NCBI GenBank assembly: GCA_965208675.1
Contig: OZ242351.1
Location: forward strand, 1,728,001-1,792,000
Reading direction: 5' to 3'
Origin: Candidatus Poribacteria bacterium
GTDB lineage: Bacteria > Poribacteria > WGA-4E > PCPOR2b
Length of the DNA: 64,000 nucleotides
Under the pieces are notes generated by a model. It ran no database searches, had not been told where the DNA came from, and saw only the letters and a list, made by a program, of their open reading frames with translations. The translations under genes and the position numbers were made by a program. The number at the start of each line of letters is the position of its first letter. The first letter of the stretch is position 1. This document shows, one piece after another, positions 10,235 to 20,884 of the stretch.

Positions 10235-11632
10235 TTATGACGTATTTTTATTCTTAAAATCCTGGCTATTTAATCCATAGTTTTGCATACGGTTTTGCAG
10301 TTGGCGCCGAGAGATTCCCAAGAGTTCTGCAGCTTTAGTCTGGTTGCCGCGGCTTTGCCTCAAGGCTGTACGGATGTATTCCATCACAATTTCTTCTAGT
10401 GAAACGCCTTCCTCTTGAATATCAACGAGAACGTTTGACGGCGGCAAGGAACTATCCGAAATTTCGAGCGGCAAATCTTCGATATCGATTACATCCCCTT
10501 CTCGAAGCACGAATGTTCTTAACAGGCAATTTTCCAATTGCCGCACATTCCCCGGCCATTCGTATCGGCGAAACGCTGACATCGATCTTGGCGTTAGGCG
10601 CTTCGGCTTTGCATCCGGATATTCTTCGCTGAATTTTCGGAGGAAGAAATCAACTAAAATTGGAATGTCGCTTTTCCTTTCACGGAGCGGCGGCATCTGA
10701 AGCTGAATGACATTTAAGCGAAAATAGAGATCTTCACGGAACGTACCTGCTTCGACCGCGCCTTGCAAATCTTGATTGGTCGCGGCGATGACACACACAT
10801 CAACTTTAATGGGTTCGATTCCCCCCACTCTCATAATCTCTCGGTCCTGCAGAACGCGCAGAAACTTGCTCTGTGCAGACATGGTGATGTCCCCAATTTC
10901 ATCGAGGAAAATTACCCCGCCGCTTGCGACCTCGAACAACCCCTTTTTCTGGCGGTCCGCTCCCGTAAAGGAGCCCTTTTCATGCCCGAACAGCTCGCTT
11001 TCAATCAGCTCGTGGGGCACAGAACTACAGTTGACCGCGACGAATGGCTGATCGTTCCGCGTCCCCTTTTCATGAATGGCTCTTGCAACCAAATCTTTTC
11101 CGGTGCCGGTTTCTCCTGTGATTAAAACTTGATTGACGCCTCGATGAATAATGCGGGACATGGTTTTAAACAACTGATTCATTCGTTCGCTCTGACCGAT
11201 AATCCGCTCGAAGTGAATCATTTGTACGGGTTGATTTACTTCCTTGGGTTTACCATCCGTAAGCGCACCCCGCTCTTCTAACGCGCGTTTAATCTGCGTT
11301 TTAAGTTCATCGTTATTGATGGGTTTCTGAAGATAGTAGAATGCGCCTTCACGGGCTACCAAATCAACTGCATCCTTTAATTCGGCGAAAGCTGTCACGA
11401 TGAGTACGGGCAGATCTGGATCCGTCTCCTTAATTTCGCGCAGGAGGTCTCGTCCTGTCATCCCGGGCATTCGCATGTCACTGATGACCAGGTCAAACAT
11501 CGTGCCTTCAATTTTTTCAAGCGCGTTGAGACCGTTTTCCGCTAACGTCACCTCGTAACCTTCACGTTCCAATATGCGCTGTAAAACTTTTCGCTGCCCC
11601 GATTCATCCTCAACAACTAAAATTGATGGCAT
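10235..11632 (-). CDS. sigma54-dependent response regulator (REC-AAA-HTH, NtrC family)
   Basis: Motifs VVEDE, SDMRMPG, GETGTGK, ESELFGHEKGSFTGA, WPGNVRQL and a Fis-type HTH. Confidence 0.95.
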   Translation of the reverse strand: MPSILVVEDESGQRKVLQRILEREGYEVTLAENGLNALEKIEGTMFDLVISDMRMPGMTGRDLLREIKETDPDLPVLIVTAFAELKDAVDLVAREGAFYYLQKPINNDELKTQIKRALEERGALTDGKPKEVNQPVQMIHFERIIGQSERMNQLFKTMSRIIHRGVNQVLITGETGTGKDLVARAIHEKGTRNDQPFVAVNCSSVPHELIESELFGHEKGSFTGADRQKKGLFEVASGGVIFLDEIGDITMSAQSKFLRVLQDREIMRVGGIEPIKVDVCVIAATNQDLQGAVEAGTFREDLYFRLNVIQLQMPPLRERKSDIPILVDFFLRKFSEEYPDAKPKRLTPRSMSAFRRYEWPGNVRQLENCLLRTFVLREGDVIDIEDLPLEISDSSLPPSNVLVDIQEEGVSLEEIVMEYIRTALRQSRGNQTKAAELLGISRRQLQNRMQNYGLNSQDFKNKNTS

Positions 11633-11655
11633 ATAGAATCCCCCTTTCCGAACCG

Positions 11656-13149
11656 TCAATCACCGATATCGGCCGCGCTCAACGGAAAAGTAACCATAAA
11701 AGCAGTTCCCATTCCAACCTGACTCTTGAACTCAACCTCTCCGTGATGTGCCATGATGATTTGATGTGAAATTGCAAGTCCCAGCCCCATTCCGCCATCT
11801 TTCTCTTTCGTTGTGAAATAGGCGTCGAATATGCGTTCTTGAATCTCATTCGGAATGCCGATGCCTGTATCACGAATTTCCAGAGCAACCTGCCTTGCGT
11901 CTCCGGGTGACTTCTCCAATTGGGTAGTGATGTAGATGCTGCCGCCTTTTGGCATAGCTTGAACACTATTCCGGATAAAATTAAAAATAGCTTGCCGAAT
12001 CAACCCTGCATCAAGGTTTAGGCGGGGAAGATTTTCATATTTTTTGACCACTTGGACGTTGGCATTCTCCATCGTAAGTGTAAATTCCGCTAGCACCCGA
12101 TCCAGGAGTTCATTGAGTTGGGTTGGCTCAAGATTAAGTTCCTTGGGGCGGTTCAGTGTCAAGAACTGTTCAGAGATATGCCTCAACTGTTCAATCTCAT
12201 AATTGACTATATTCAGAAACTCTCTCGTTTCTTCAATATCTCGCGGTTTTATCTCCTTTTCCGAGAAGAGTTCCTTAAGATGTTGAGCGGTCATTCCGAT
12301 AGTATTAAGCGGATTTCGGATTTCGTGGGCAACTCCCGCCGCAAGTTGTCCAAGCGCGGCGATTCGCTTCGACTGAGTCTGTTGTAATTGCCGCAGCATT
12401 CGCACAAGGGTTGCGGTGATGCGGCTGATTTCGCTCGATGAATAGGATTCCGGTACGGATTCCAAATCGCCGGATTCTGCACGTTTAATTATCTCCATCA
12501 TTCGCTCAAGCGGTCGGATGATAAGACGAGTTGTTGTCATGTCAATGATAATCACAAGTAATACACTAACGATAATGACCGATAAGAGGTGCATCTGACG
12601 CGAATTTGTGATTAATCTAGCAATGTCGGGCACCTCAAAAAGCACCTGGATATATCCTTTTATGTTTTCCGGTTCGGCAAAGAGCTCCACTTCGTATGGG
12701 ATGATTACCGCCGTTGCGAATTTGTTGCCATTTATCGGGGGCGTATCATACACCGTCACGCCGTTCTGTTCTATCTCAAGCCGGTCTTGCGCATTCAAGT
12801 TAATGCGGTCTTCGGCATTGTTGTTTGGAACAAGGCTTGCCTGTATTCGAGAATCGCCGACTGTGACATGAATGTCCAATATTTTTTCCATATGCCGCGG
12901 ATCCAATGTTCGTAATGCGTATTCGATTTCATTCCGCTTAAATTCTTGCCACCGTTCAATTTCAGCTTCAATGCGAGGACGTACAGTTTTCTCGGCAATT
13001 TCTTTGAAGACCGCCCCTCTTTTTACTCCGCCGTCGTGCAGTATTTTCAAATCCCTCCGCGCAATAAAATCATCATACCAATAAAATGACACTAAAATCG
13101 CCAAGACAGATAGGTTAACAATCAGTGCATACTTCCATTGCAAACGCAT
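11656..13149 (-). CDS. Membrane sensor histidine kinase (HAMP-HisKA-HATPase)
   Basis: Two TM segments; motifs AHEIRNPL, NFIRNSVQA, DTGIGI and GMGLGL. Confidence 0.95.
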   Translation of the reverse strand: MRLQWKYALIVNLSVLAILVSFYWYDDFIARRDLKILHDGGVKRGAVFKEIAEKTVRPRIEAEIERWQEFKRNEIEYALRTLDPRHMEKILDIHVTVGDSRIQASLVPNNNAEDRINLNAQDRLEIEQNGVTVYDTPPINGNKFATAVIIPYEVELFAEPENIKGYIQVLFEVPDIARLITNSRQMHLLSVIIVSVLLVIIIDMTTTRLIIRPLERMMEIIKRAESGDLESVPESYSSSEISRITATLVRMLRQLQQTQSKRIAALGQLAAGVAHEIRNPLNTIGMTAQHLKELFSEKEIKPRDIEETREFLNIVNYEIEQLRHISEQFLTLNRPKELNLEPTQLNELLDRVLAEFTLTMENANVQVVKKYENLPRLNLDAGLIRQAIFNFIRNSVQAMPKGGSIYITTQLEKSPGDARQVALEIRDTGIGIPNEIQERIFDAYFTTKEKDGGMGLGLAISHQIIMAHHGEVEFKSQVGMGTAFMVTFPLSAADIGD

Positions 13150-13150
13150 G

Positions 13151-14638
13151 CTAACTCATCACCTTTCCTACCACTGCCCGCCAGGCTTCCAGCCTTTCCG
13201 TTCTTTCGCGAGTGGGTAATTGAGGGGAGAAGACTGCGTCTATTTTGCGGTGCGATTCCAAATCCTTGACACTGTGCCAAAAGCCGACCGTAAGCCCCGC
13301 GCAGTAACCAGCCCCAAGCCCTGTTGTTTCGGTTTGGGTTGGACGCTCGACATCAATTCCTAAAACGTCTGCCTGAATCTGCATCAGGAGATTGTTTGCG
13401 GCGGCTCCACCGTCAACGCGCAGTCGGTCCAACTCAATCCCTGCATCGGCAACCATCGCTGTGACAACGTCGGCTGTCTGAAACGCGATCGATTCTAGTG
13501 TCGCCCGGACAATGTGCGCGCGGGTCGTTCCGCGTGTCAAACCGAGAATCGCGCCCCGTGCGTTCGCATCCCAATACGGTGCGCCAAGTCCGGTAAATGC
13601 GGGAACGACGAAAACGCCGCCTGAATCCGCAACACTGGCGGCAATAGTTTCAGTTTCTGAGGCGGATTTGATGACCTGCAGTCCATCCCTCAACCACTGT
13701 ATTGCGGCTCCGGCGATAAACACGCTGCCTTCAAGCGCAAAAACCGGTTTTTCATCCATACCGCACGCCAAGGTCGTTAGCAATCCCGAATTTGAACGGA
13801 CGCGCCTGTCTCCGGTGTTGAGCATCAAAAAACAACCGGTGCCGTACGTATTTTTCGCCATTGGCGGCTGTGTGCAGAGTTGTCCAAATAAGGCGGCTTG
13901 TTGATCGCCGGCGATTCCGGAAATCGGGATGCCGTTCGGTAAAGGGTCGATATTCTTCGTTTTACCAAAAACGCTCGCAGAGGGTTGGACTTCGGGTAAG
14001 ACGCGTTCTGGCACACGAAACTCGGCTAACAACTCATCATCCCATGCGAGTGCGTCAATGTTGAACAACATGGTGCGAGACGCGTTCGTATAGTCCGTTG
14101 TATGAACTTCGCCCGCGGTCAGATTCCATAGCAGCCATGCGTCAATTGTACCGAAAGCGAGTTCACCGCGTTCAGCATGCTCGCGAGCGCCATCGACGCT
14201 ATCTAATATCCACGCAACCTTTGTTGCAGAAAAATACGCGTCTAGCACCAATCCGGTTTTGGCGCGTACGCAATCTTCAACTCCCCGCGCCTTTAAATCT
14301 TCGCAAACCCCGGATGTGCGGCGGCATTGCCACACGATTGCGGGATGAATTGGTTTTCCTGAATTCCGATCCCACACGACCGTCGTCTCACGCTGATTTG
14401 CTAAACCAATTGCCGCAATTTGTTGTGCTACTCCGTGGGCGTTGACGAGATTGGTTATGACGTTGCGGGTTACTTCCCAGATTTCCGCGGCATCATGTTC
14501 GACCCAGCCGGGGTGAGGATATTGCTGGGTAAATTCACAATAACCGCGCGCCGCAATTTCTCCGTACGTATCAATAAGCAACACTGTCGATCCTGTTGTA
14601 CCCTGATCGATTGAGAGAATGTAACGGCGCCTCGCCAT
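13151..14638 (-). CDS. glpK: Glycerol kinase
   Basis: Motifs IDQGTT, NQRETT, IVWQCRRT, YFSATK, GDQQAALFG, KNTYGTGCF and PAFTGLGAPYWD. Confidence 0.97.
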   Translation of the reverse strand: MARRRYILSIDQGTTGSTVLLIDTYGEIAARGYCEFTQQYPHPGWVEHDAAEIWEVTRNVITNLVNAHGVAQQIAAIGLANQRETTVVWDRNSGKPIHPAIVWQCRRTSGVCEDLKARGVEDCVRAKTGLVLDAYFSATKVAWILDSVDGAREHAERGELAFGTIDAWLLWNLTAGEVHTTDYTNASRTMLFNIDALAWDDELLAEFRVPERVLPEVQPSASVFGKTKNIDPLPNGIPISGIAGDQQAALFGQLCTQPPMAKNTYGTGCFLMLNTGDRRVRSNSGLLTTLACGMDEKPVFALEGSVFIAGAAIQWLRDGLQVIKSASETETIAASVADSGGVFVVPAFTGLGAPYWDANARGAILGLTRGTTRAHIVRATLESIAFQTADVVTAMVADAGIELDRLRVDGGAAANNLLMQIQADVLGIDVERPTQTETTGLGAGYCAGLTVGFWHSVKDLESHRKIDAVFSPQLPTRERTERLEAWRAVVGKVMS

Positions 14639-14831
14639 GCTATCGGCTCCACGGAATTGAATCGACCGTCTCTTGGTAGTTGTGAGGTCTTTTTCGGCAG
14701 ATCTTGGAGGAACTGTACAAATGGAGGAGAGGAATGCGCCAATTCCTTGTTCCCCAACCCAGTTGAGGACAATTTACACGGCTCATACACAGCCGTGGAC
14801 AAGGAATGATTGCCAATATCAATATGATGAC

Positions 14832-14860
14832 ACTATATCACAGAGGTGAGTGACCGTCAA
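14832..14860 (-). promoter_or_regulatory. sigma70 promoter (TTGACG-17-TATAGT) for the glpK operon
   Basis: Near-consensus hexamers with a 17-bp spacer. Confidence 0.55.
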
Positions 14861-15132
14861 TAAGAAATTCAAGGCTTACACAGTTGAGCATTCAGTGTCC
14901 CGCAGCGAGATGGTTCACCGCACGCGATTAACTCCTGAACTTAAAAGGGCTTAGTCAACGGCCGAAGACCTTATGTTGTGAAATCAGGCGAGTCGGTTTC
15001 TCCTTCCTTGACGCACACTAGTCTTCTTGTTTCCACCCGTCCCTTGTGGTATAATGTCCCAATTAAAGCACGAACCGGCTTACTTGACATCATAACCGTA
15101 AACAGCAGCATTAAATAGAGAAGGAGTTTCAT

Positions 15133-16152
15133 ATGGAGTATCGTAGTCTTGGAAGAACAGGAACCAAGGTGAGCATGTTATGCCTGGGCTGTTTGATGTT
15201 TGGCCGTCGAACCGAGGAACCCGAAGCCATGGATATGGTGAATCTCGCAATTGACGCCGGGATTAACTTTTTTGACACGGCAAATATGTACAGCCGCGGC
15301 GTCAGTGAAGAAATGGTCGGCACAGCGTTGAAGCGCAACGGTAAACGGTCACGAATCGTGCTCGCTACCAAGGTCCACTTCCCTATGGACGACGAAGATC
15401 CCAATGCACGGGGCAACAGCCGCCGGCACATCATAGAGCAGTGCGAGGCCTCACTAAGGCGGTTACAAACTGACTACATTGACTTGTACCAAATCCATCG
15501 TCCATGTCCAGATATCCCGATTGATGAGACGCTTCGCGCGTTGGACGATTTGATTCGTGCCGGTAAGGTGCGCTACATCGGGTGCAGTACCTTTGCGGCT
15601 TGGCAGGTAGTTGAATCGTTGTGGGTTTCAGAAGAGCTAAGACTGAATCGTTTCATCTGCGAACAACCGCCGTATCATCTCTTGGATCGAAGCATTGAGC
15701 GGGAATTGGTACCAATGGCGCAAACCTATGGGCTGGCAATGATTCCATGGGCGCCGCTAGCGGGCGGATTTCTCACGGGGAAATACCGTCGAGACCAGCC
15801 GCCGCCGGCGAACTCCAGGTATCGCGACGATAACAATTTTGCGCTGTTATCTTCGGACGCTGCCTATAACGTATTGGATGTCGTCTCAGCGATAGCCGAG
15901 GAGAAGGGTTGTACGCCTAGTCAGGTTGCCTTGGCATGGTGTGCCCAACAGCCGGGCATTACCAGCCCAATTATCGGTCCCCGATCAATGGAACAGCTAG
16001 AGGACAATCTGGGATCTGCCTCCGTGTCGGTGACTGACGCAGATCGGGCTCGCCTCGATAAGGTTGCGCCTCCCGGGCGGGCAACCTCCTATGGGACGGT
16101 GATTTCCTACGAGTATCATCAATCCGGTTTTGGCCCCCACACGTATCGGTGA
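15133..16152 (+). CDS. Aldo/keto reductase
   Basis: Motifs FFDTANMYS, LATK, SLRRLQTDYIDLYQIH and WAPLAGG. Confidence 0.95.
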   Translation: MEYRSLGRTGTKVSMLCLGCLMFGRRTEEPEAMDMVNLAIDAGINFFDTANMYSRGVSEEMVGTALKRNGKRSRIVLATKVHFPMDDEDPNARGNSRRHIIEQCEASLRRLQTDYIDLYQIHRPCPDIPIDETLRALDDLIRAGKVRYIGCSTFAAWQVVESLWVSEELRLNRFICEQPPYHLLDRSIERELVPMAQTYGLAMIPWAPLAGGFLTGKYRRDQPPPANSRYRDDNNFALLSSDAAYNVLDVVSAIAEEKGCTPSQVALAWCAQQPGITSPIIGPRSMEQLEDNLGSASVSVTDADRARLDKVAPPGRATSYGTVISYEYHQSGFGPHTYR

Positions 16153-16195
16153 TTAGAGGGTGTCCTAGTAGAAAGAGAAAGCGAGGAACTAGCAA

Positions 16196-17197
16196 ATGGA
16201 GTACCGCAGCCTTGGACGCACAGGCACGAAGGTAAGCACGCTGTGTCTTGGAAGCGTGACATTTGGGGATCGAACGAGCGAATCCGACGCCATGGATATC
16301 ATCGATCGGGGAGTTGACGCGGGAATCAATTTTTTGGATACAGCCAATGTCTACAATCGCGGCCGGAGTGAAGAAGTCATCGGCAAAGCGCTCCAGCGCA
16401 ATGGGAAACGTCCTCACATCGTGTTAGCGACCAAAGTGCACAGCCGCATGAACGACATCGACCCAAATGCAGCGGGGAATCACCGCCGACATATCATCGA
16501 GCAGTGCGAGGCGTCACTGAGGCGTTTGCAGACGGATTACATTGACCTATACCAAATCCACCGTCCTACCTCAGACGTGCCAATTGACGAAACACTCGGC
16601 GCGCTAGATGACCTCATCCGAAGTGGAAAGGTACGCTACATCGGTACGAGTACGTTCGGGGCTTGGCAAGTTATGGAGTCGCTGTGGACTTCGAAAGCGC
16701 TGGGGTTGAATCGCTTTGTAAGTGAGCAACCGCCATATCACCTGTTGGATCGACGTATTGAGCTTGAGTTAATACCCATGGCGCAGACGTATGGGCTTGC
16801 GTTGATTCCGTGGTCGCCGTTGGCTGGCGGATTCTTAACAGGCAAATACAACCGTGACGGCTCACGCCCCGCAAGCGCCCGTTTCCAACCGGAAAATGAA
16901 GACCGTGACCTATTTTCGGACGCTGCGTTCGATGTCTTGGATGTTGTGTCAAATATCGCTAAAGAGAAGAATTGTACATCAAGCCAGTTTGCACTCGCAT
17001 GGTGTGCGCAACAACCTGGCATTACCAGTCCAATAATTGGCCCAAGAACAATGGCTCAGCTAGAAGACAACCTGGGTGCAATACACGTGCAGGTGACTGA
17101 TGAGGATAGGGGGAGCCTCGATGAAAAAATCCCGCCCAATCAATGCATTGCCTCCTACTATGAGGCAGATTTTGGCCCCCATGCGTTTCGATGGTAA
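16196..17197 (+). CDS. Aldo/keto reductase (tandem paralog of the previous gene)
   Basis: Same motifs; long stretches are identical to the 15133 protein. Confidence 0.95.
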   Translation: MEYRSLGRTGTKVSTLCLGSVTFGDRTSESDAMDIIDRGVDAGINFLDTANVYNRGRSEEVIGKALQRNGKRPHIVLATKVHSRMNDIDPNAAGNHRRHIIEQCEASLRRLQTDYIDLYQIHRPTSDVPIDETLGALDDLIRSGKVRYIGTSTFGAWQVMESLWTSKALGLNRFVSEQPPYHLLDRRIELELIPMAQTYGLALIPWSPLAGGFLTGKYNRDGSRPASARFQPENEDRDLFSDAAFDVLDVVSNIAKEKNCTSSQFALAWCAQQPGITSPIIGPRTMAQLEDNLGAIHVQVTDEDRGSLDEKIPPNQCIASYYEADFGPHAFRW

Positions 17198-17658
17198 TCT
17201 CTTTCTCAGTTTAATCTTCGAGAATTTCATTTTCAAAGGGCTAAGGTTTACCTAATCCAGTCACATTTCTCGGAGTCCTAGCGTGTTTTTTCCCCCGCTA
17301 ACTCCCCCTTATCAAGGGGGAAGTTTAAGAACGGCGTATTAACATCAGTGTGAAGCCGTCCTCAACGGTCGGGATTGCGTAACCCAACCACTACGAGTCG
17401 TCATGGGACTGCGCACCGCCCTTGATTGGTTAGTCGTGATGAAATGTCAAAGGAACCTTGAGTTCAAATCATTTAATGATTACTTCCTTACCTATGTGGG
17501 AGCGTCCTCCCGGACGCGATAATCTCCGAATTCCGAGGCAAAGACGCTTCTCCCGCCGGTGGAATTTTTGCAAACATCAAAAGACGAAACTCGGCATGCC
17601 AGGTCTACAGAAAATCTTGGCGAGCCACCCTAAAAAAATTATTGCCAAGGGCTAATGA

Positions 17659-18300
17659 ATGGGAATGATATTAGAGCGTTTGGTTGTAAGTCCTTTCGAG
17701 TCTAACTGCTGGATACTTGGTTGTGAAAAATCACGCGAGGGCATTGTCATAGACCCAGGAGATGACGCGGAGCGTATCCTGGAGGTCGTGAATCGGCACA
17801 GCCTATCGCTGAAATACGCCATCCAGACGCATGCTCATCTAGATCATATCTCTGCAACGGCTGCTATTCAAGTTGAGACTGGCGCCGAAGTGCTTATCCA
17901 CGAAGCTGAGCAACTCCTCTTGGATAATCTATCGGCGCAAGCGTCGCTGTTTGGGCTACCCGCACCAGCCGCCCCTACGGTAAATCGGCACATCAGAGAC
18001 GGGGATAAAATATCTCTCGCGGGATACACCTTATCCGTCATTGAAACCCCCGGCCACAGTCCGGGCGGTATCTCCCTAAAATTGGAAGGATCGGAAAAAC
18101 TGCTTTTCACCGGCGATGCGCTCTTTCAAGGAAGCATTGGGCGTACGGATTTGATGGGCGGTTCTTTTTCCCAATTGATTGATTCCATCCGGGAAAAACT
18201 GTTTCCGCTTGATGATGACACCGTAATCCACCCAGGTCACGGTGAAAGTTCCACATTGGGCGCAGAGAAGCGTTTCAATCCATTTTTGCGAGAATTGTAG
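17659..18300 (+). CDS. MBL-fold metallo-hydrolase (glyoxalase II-like)
   Basis: Motifs THAHLDH, TPGHSPG, TGDALF and PGHG. Confidence 0.93.
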   Translation: MGMILERLVVSPFESNCWILGCEKSREGIVIDPGDDAERILEVVNRHSLSLKYAIQTHAHLDHISATAAIQVETGAEVLIHEAEQLLLDNLSAQASLFGLPAPAAPTVNRHIRDGDKISLAGYTLSVIETPGHSPGGISLKLEGSEKLLFTGDALFQGSIGRTDLMGGSFSQLIDSIREKLFPLDDDTVIHPGHGESSTLGAEKRFNPFLREL

Positions 18301-18470
18301 CGGCTCGAACATCCGCGTAGTTCTATGCCGATTGCCCTTTGGTGTCTGGTCGTAAGCGCAAACGATACGCTTTTCCTGAACACACATATCTAGGCAAAAT
18401 TTCCGGCATTATTCAGAATTCCCGCGCGTTTAAGCGGAGGATTCAGAAAACACGATCGGAGGGTCAATTC

Positions 18471-19904
18471 ATGAGTTGCGGATTTCGCCAGTTCTGCATC
18501 CGATTGGCGCGAATATTCTATTGCCTTACGCTCGTCGCAATATTATTGATTACGGGGGCAGGCGCGCCGAACGCCTTGGCGGAGTGGATAAAGGATTTGA
18601 ACCAAAATACGCCGGTCTGTACGGCGAAGAACGACCAATACTTTCCCAATCTCACGTCCGATGGCGCGGGCGGCGTCATCGTTGTATGGCAGGATACGAG
18701 ACACGGTAATCAAGATGTGTTTGCCCAACGAGTCAGCGCCGTAGGCGAAATGCTTTGGACGGAAAACGGAATTCCGGTTTGCGGCTTGCCGAGCCACCAA
18801 AGCTGGCCCATTATCATTACCGACCAAACCGGTGGCGCAATAATTATCTTCAGGGATTCGCGGCACGGCAACCAAGACGTTTACGCCCAGCGAATTAGCG
18901 CGGATGGACAGCTGCTTTGGGATGAAGGCGGTGTGCCGGTCTGTGTAGATCCGTCGTTTCAAGATGATGTCGACGCCATTCCCAGCGGCAGCGGCGGTGC
19001 AATTATCGTATGGGAGGATTGGCGGCATGGAAATCAGGATATCTATGCGCAATGTATTGATGGGGATGGAAAATCCGTTTGGACGCAGAACGGTGTTCCC
19101 GTTAATCGGAGCGAGGGGCATCAATACGACTGCGTCTTAGCAGCGGATGGCAGCGGAGGCGCAATTTTTGCCTGGTGGAATCTTACACCTGATTGGAACG
19201 TCTTCGCGCAGCGTCTCAATGCGAAAGGCGAAACGGTTTGGGAGCCTGAAGGGATTCCCGTATGTGTTGCGCCGGGGAATCAGGGCGCGCCGCTCATTGT
19301 TCCCGATAACGAGGGAGGCGCCTTTTGTGTTTGGTCCGACTACCGCAACGCGCCGAGTCCATTTTCCATCAGTGCCGATCTGTTCGCCCAGCGCATCAAT
19401 GCAGAGGGCACCGTCCTTTGGGAAACGAACGGAATCAGTATTTGCAATCAGCCGTCAAATCAACAGCAGCCCGCGGGAGTAAGCGATGGTGCGGGAGGCA
19501 TAATTGTTGCCTGGTGGGATGAACGCGACATTTTTTCCGACATTTATGCGCAGCGCGTAAGTCCTGATGGCGTGATGATGTGGGAGATGAATGGCATTCC
19601 TGTGTGTGCGGCGGGAGGTGAGCAGCGTAACCCGGGGTGCGTCCCCGATGGCTCACAAGGCGCCGTTGTCTACTGGCTGGATTATCGCGAGGATTTCGGA
19701 AACACCACAGCGGACGCAATCTACGCCCAACGGATTGACCCAAACGGCAAATCCCTATGGCCGCTCAACGGCATTCCAATCTGTACGGCTGATGGGAATC
19801 AAATTACGCCGCAAGCCAACCCCGACGGTCAGGGCGGTGCTTTCATCATTTGGAGCGACGGCCGAACCGATGAACCAGATATTTACATCCATCGCGCACC
19901 TTAA
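18471..19904 (+). CDS. Secreted repeat protein (DGxGG.I..W.D.R...DIYAQR repeats, likely beta-propeller)
   Basis: Signal peptide ending ALA and about 8 repeats of ~55-60 aa. ATG 18471 follows GGAGG; the ORF track starts at 18339. Confidence 0.85.
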   Translation: MSCGFRQFCIRLARIFYCLTLVAILLITGAGAPNALAEWIKDLNQNTPVCTAKNDQYFPNLTSDGAGGVIVVWQDTRHGNQDVFAQRVSAVGEMLWTENGIPVCGLPSHQSWPIIITDQTGGAIIIFRDSRHGNQDVYAQRISADGQLLWDEGGVPVCVDPSFQDDVDAIPSGSGGAIIVWEDWRHGNQDIYAQCIDGDGKSVWTQNGVPVNRSEGHQYDCVLAADGSGGAIFAWWNLTPDWNVFAQRLNAKGETVWEPEGIPVCVAPGNQGAPLIVPDNEGGAFCVWSDYRNAPSPFSISADLFAQRINAEGTVLWETNGISICNQPSNQQQPAGVSDGAGGIIVAWWDERDIFSDIYAQRVSPDGVMMWEMNGIPVCAAGGEQRNPGCVPDGSQGAVVYWLDYREDFGNTTADAIYAQRIDPNGKSLWPLNGIPICTADGNQITPQANPDGQGGAFIIWSDGRTDEPDIYIHRAP

Positions 19905-19907
19905 GCA
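19670..19907 (+). repeat. 238-bp direct repeat, copy 1 (3' end of the repeat-protein gene)
   Basis: Aligns without gaps to 45187-45424 with 8 mismatches. Confidence 0.95.
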
Positions 19908-19995
19908 CAATGTGTATCGAAATCCCAACACCAAGAACACCCAAATTTGACGAGAGTTACGGTGCAGTTTGCTTGGAATTCAAGATTGGCGGCGC

Positions 19996-20700
19996 ATGGT
20001 ATCTGACAGGGAATTGATGAAAATACAGGTTGAGGTGCTATTCACGCTGAATAAGGATAGGCGTATGCTAAGTATCAACCAACTAAGCAGTGATGTAGAA
20101 CCTGCGCCACGTTTCTTCATTGGATACACCAACCAAGGTTCAATCTGCAGATTCCGGTTTGACCTCCCCGATAATGTAGTTGCCCAGCTAAGGGAGGTTG
20201 CCGCTGCTGAACGGACGCCTATGGATTCGCGGACATTTCCGAGTTGCCGCAACCAATTCGTGGACATCCTTCAAAACCATGCGCCGATTGAACGTATATG
20301 GTTAGGACCCGCATATCGTTTTCCCAAACACATTACACGCCCGCAAAATGTTGTTCGGTTATTACCTGAGAACATTGGGCTTCTGAAAGGTGACTTCGCG
20401 AGGCTAGCGCCGGAGATTGATGATGGGCGGTTCTGTTTTGCAGTCATTGAGGACTCGCAAGCGGTGTCGATTTGCCGAAGCGTCCGCATTTCATCAAAAG
20501 CGCATGAAGCAGGAGTTGATACGCTGAACGCGTATCGTCGTTGTGGGTATGCAGCGGCTACTGTTGCCGCGTGGGCGCTTGCCGTTCGCTCCAAAAACCT
20601 CATCCCGCTCTACAGCACCTCATGGAACAATGCGGCATCGCTGGGAGTGGCTCAACGACTAGGTTTAGTGCAATATGGTGTCGACTATCATGTGACATGA
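19996..20700 (+). CDS. GNAT family N-acetyltransferase
   Basis: Motifs EAGVDT...YRRCGYA and LYSTSWNNAAS..VA.RLG. Confidence 0.85.
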   Translation: MVSDRELMKIQVEVLFTLNKDRRMLSINQLSSDVEPAPRFFIGYTNQGSICRFRFDLPDNVVAQLREVAAAERTPMDSRTFPSCRNQFVDILQNHAPIERIWLGPAYRFPKHITRPQNVVRLLPENIGLLKGDFARLAPEIDDGRFCFAVIEDSQAVSICRSVRISSKAHEAGVDTLNAYRRCGYAAATVAAWALAVRSKNLIPLYSTSWNNAASLGVAQRLGLVQYGVDYHVT

Positions 20701-20884
20701 TAGCTACAAAGCGACGTGCCCCCAAAAAACTGGACAGGGAGCTAAGAAGGATTTTATAATAACTAACCGTCCAGAAACGGGATTTGGCTAAACGCAATAG
20801 CCACATTCAAAACGAACGAATCATCTCATGAACTTAATCGGTTTCTGTTGGAGGATTTTTAAACATAGCCTTTAAGGAGAAAAC

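Noticed and set aside
14870-15010. Possible 6S RNA or riboswitch between glpK and the reductases
   Set aside because: I could not build a long closing stem or match a known consensus by eye. An Rfam scan is needed.
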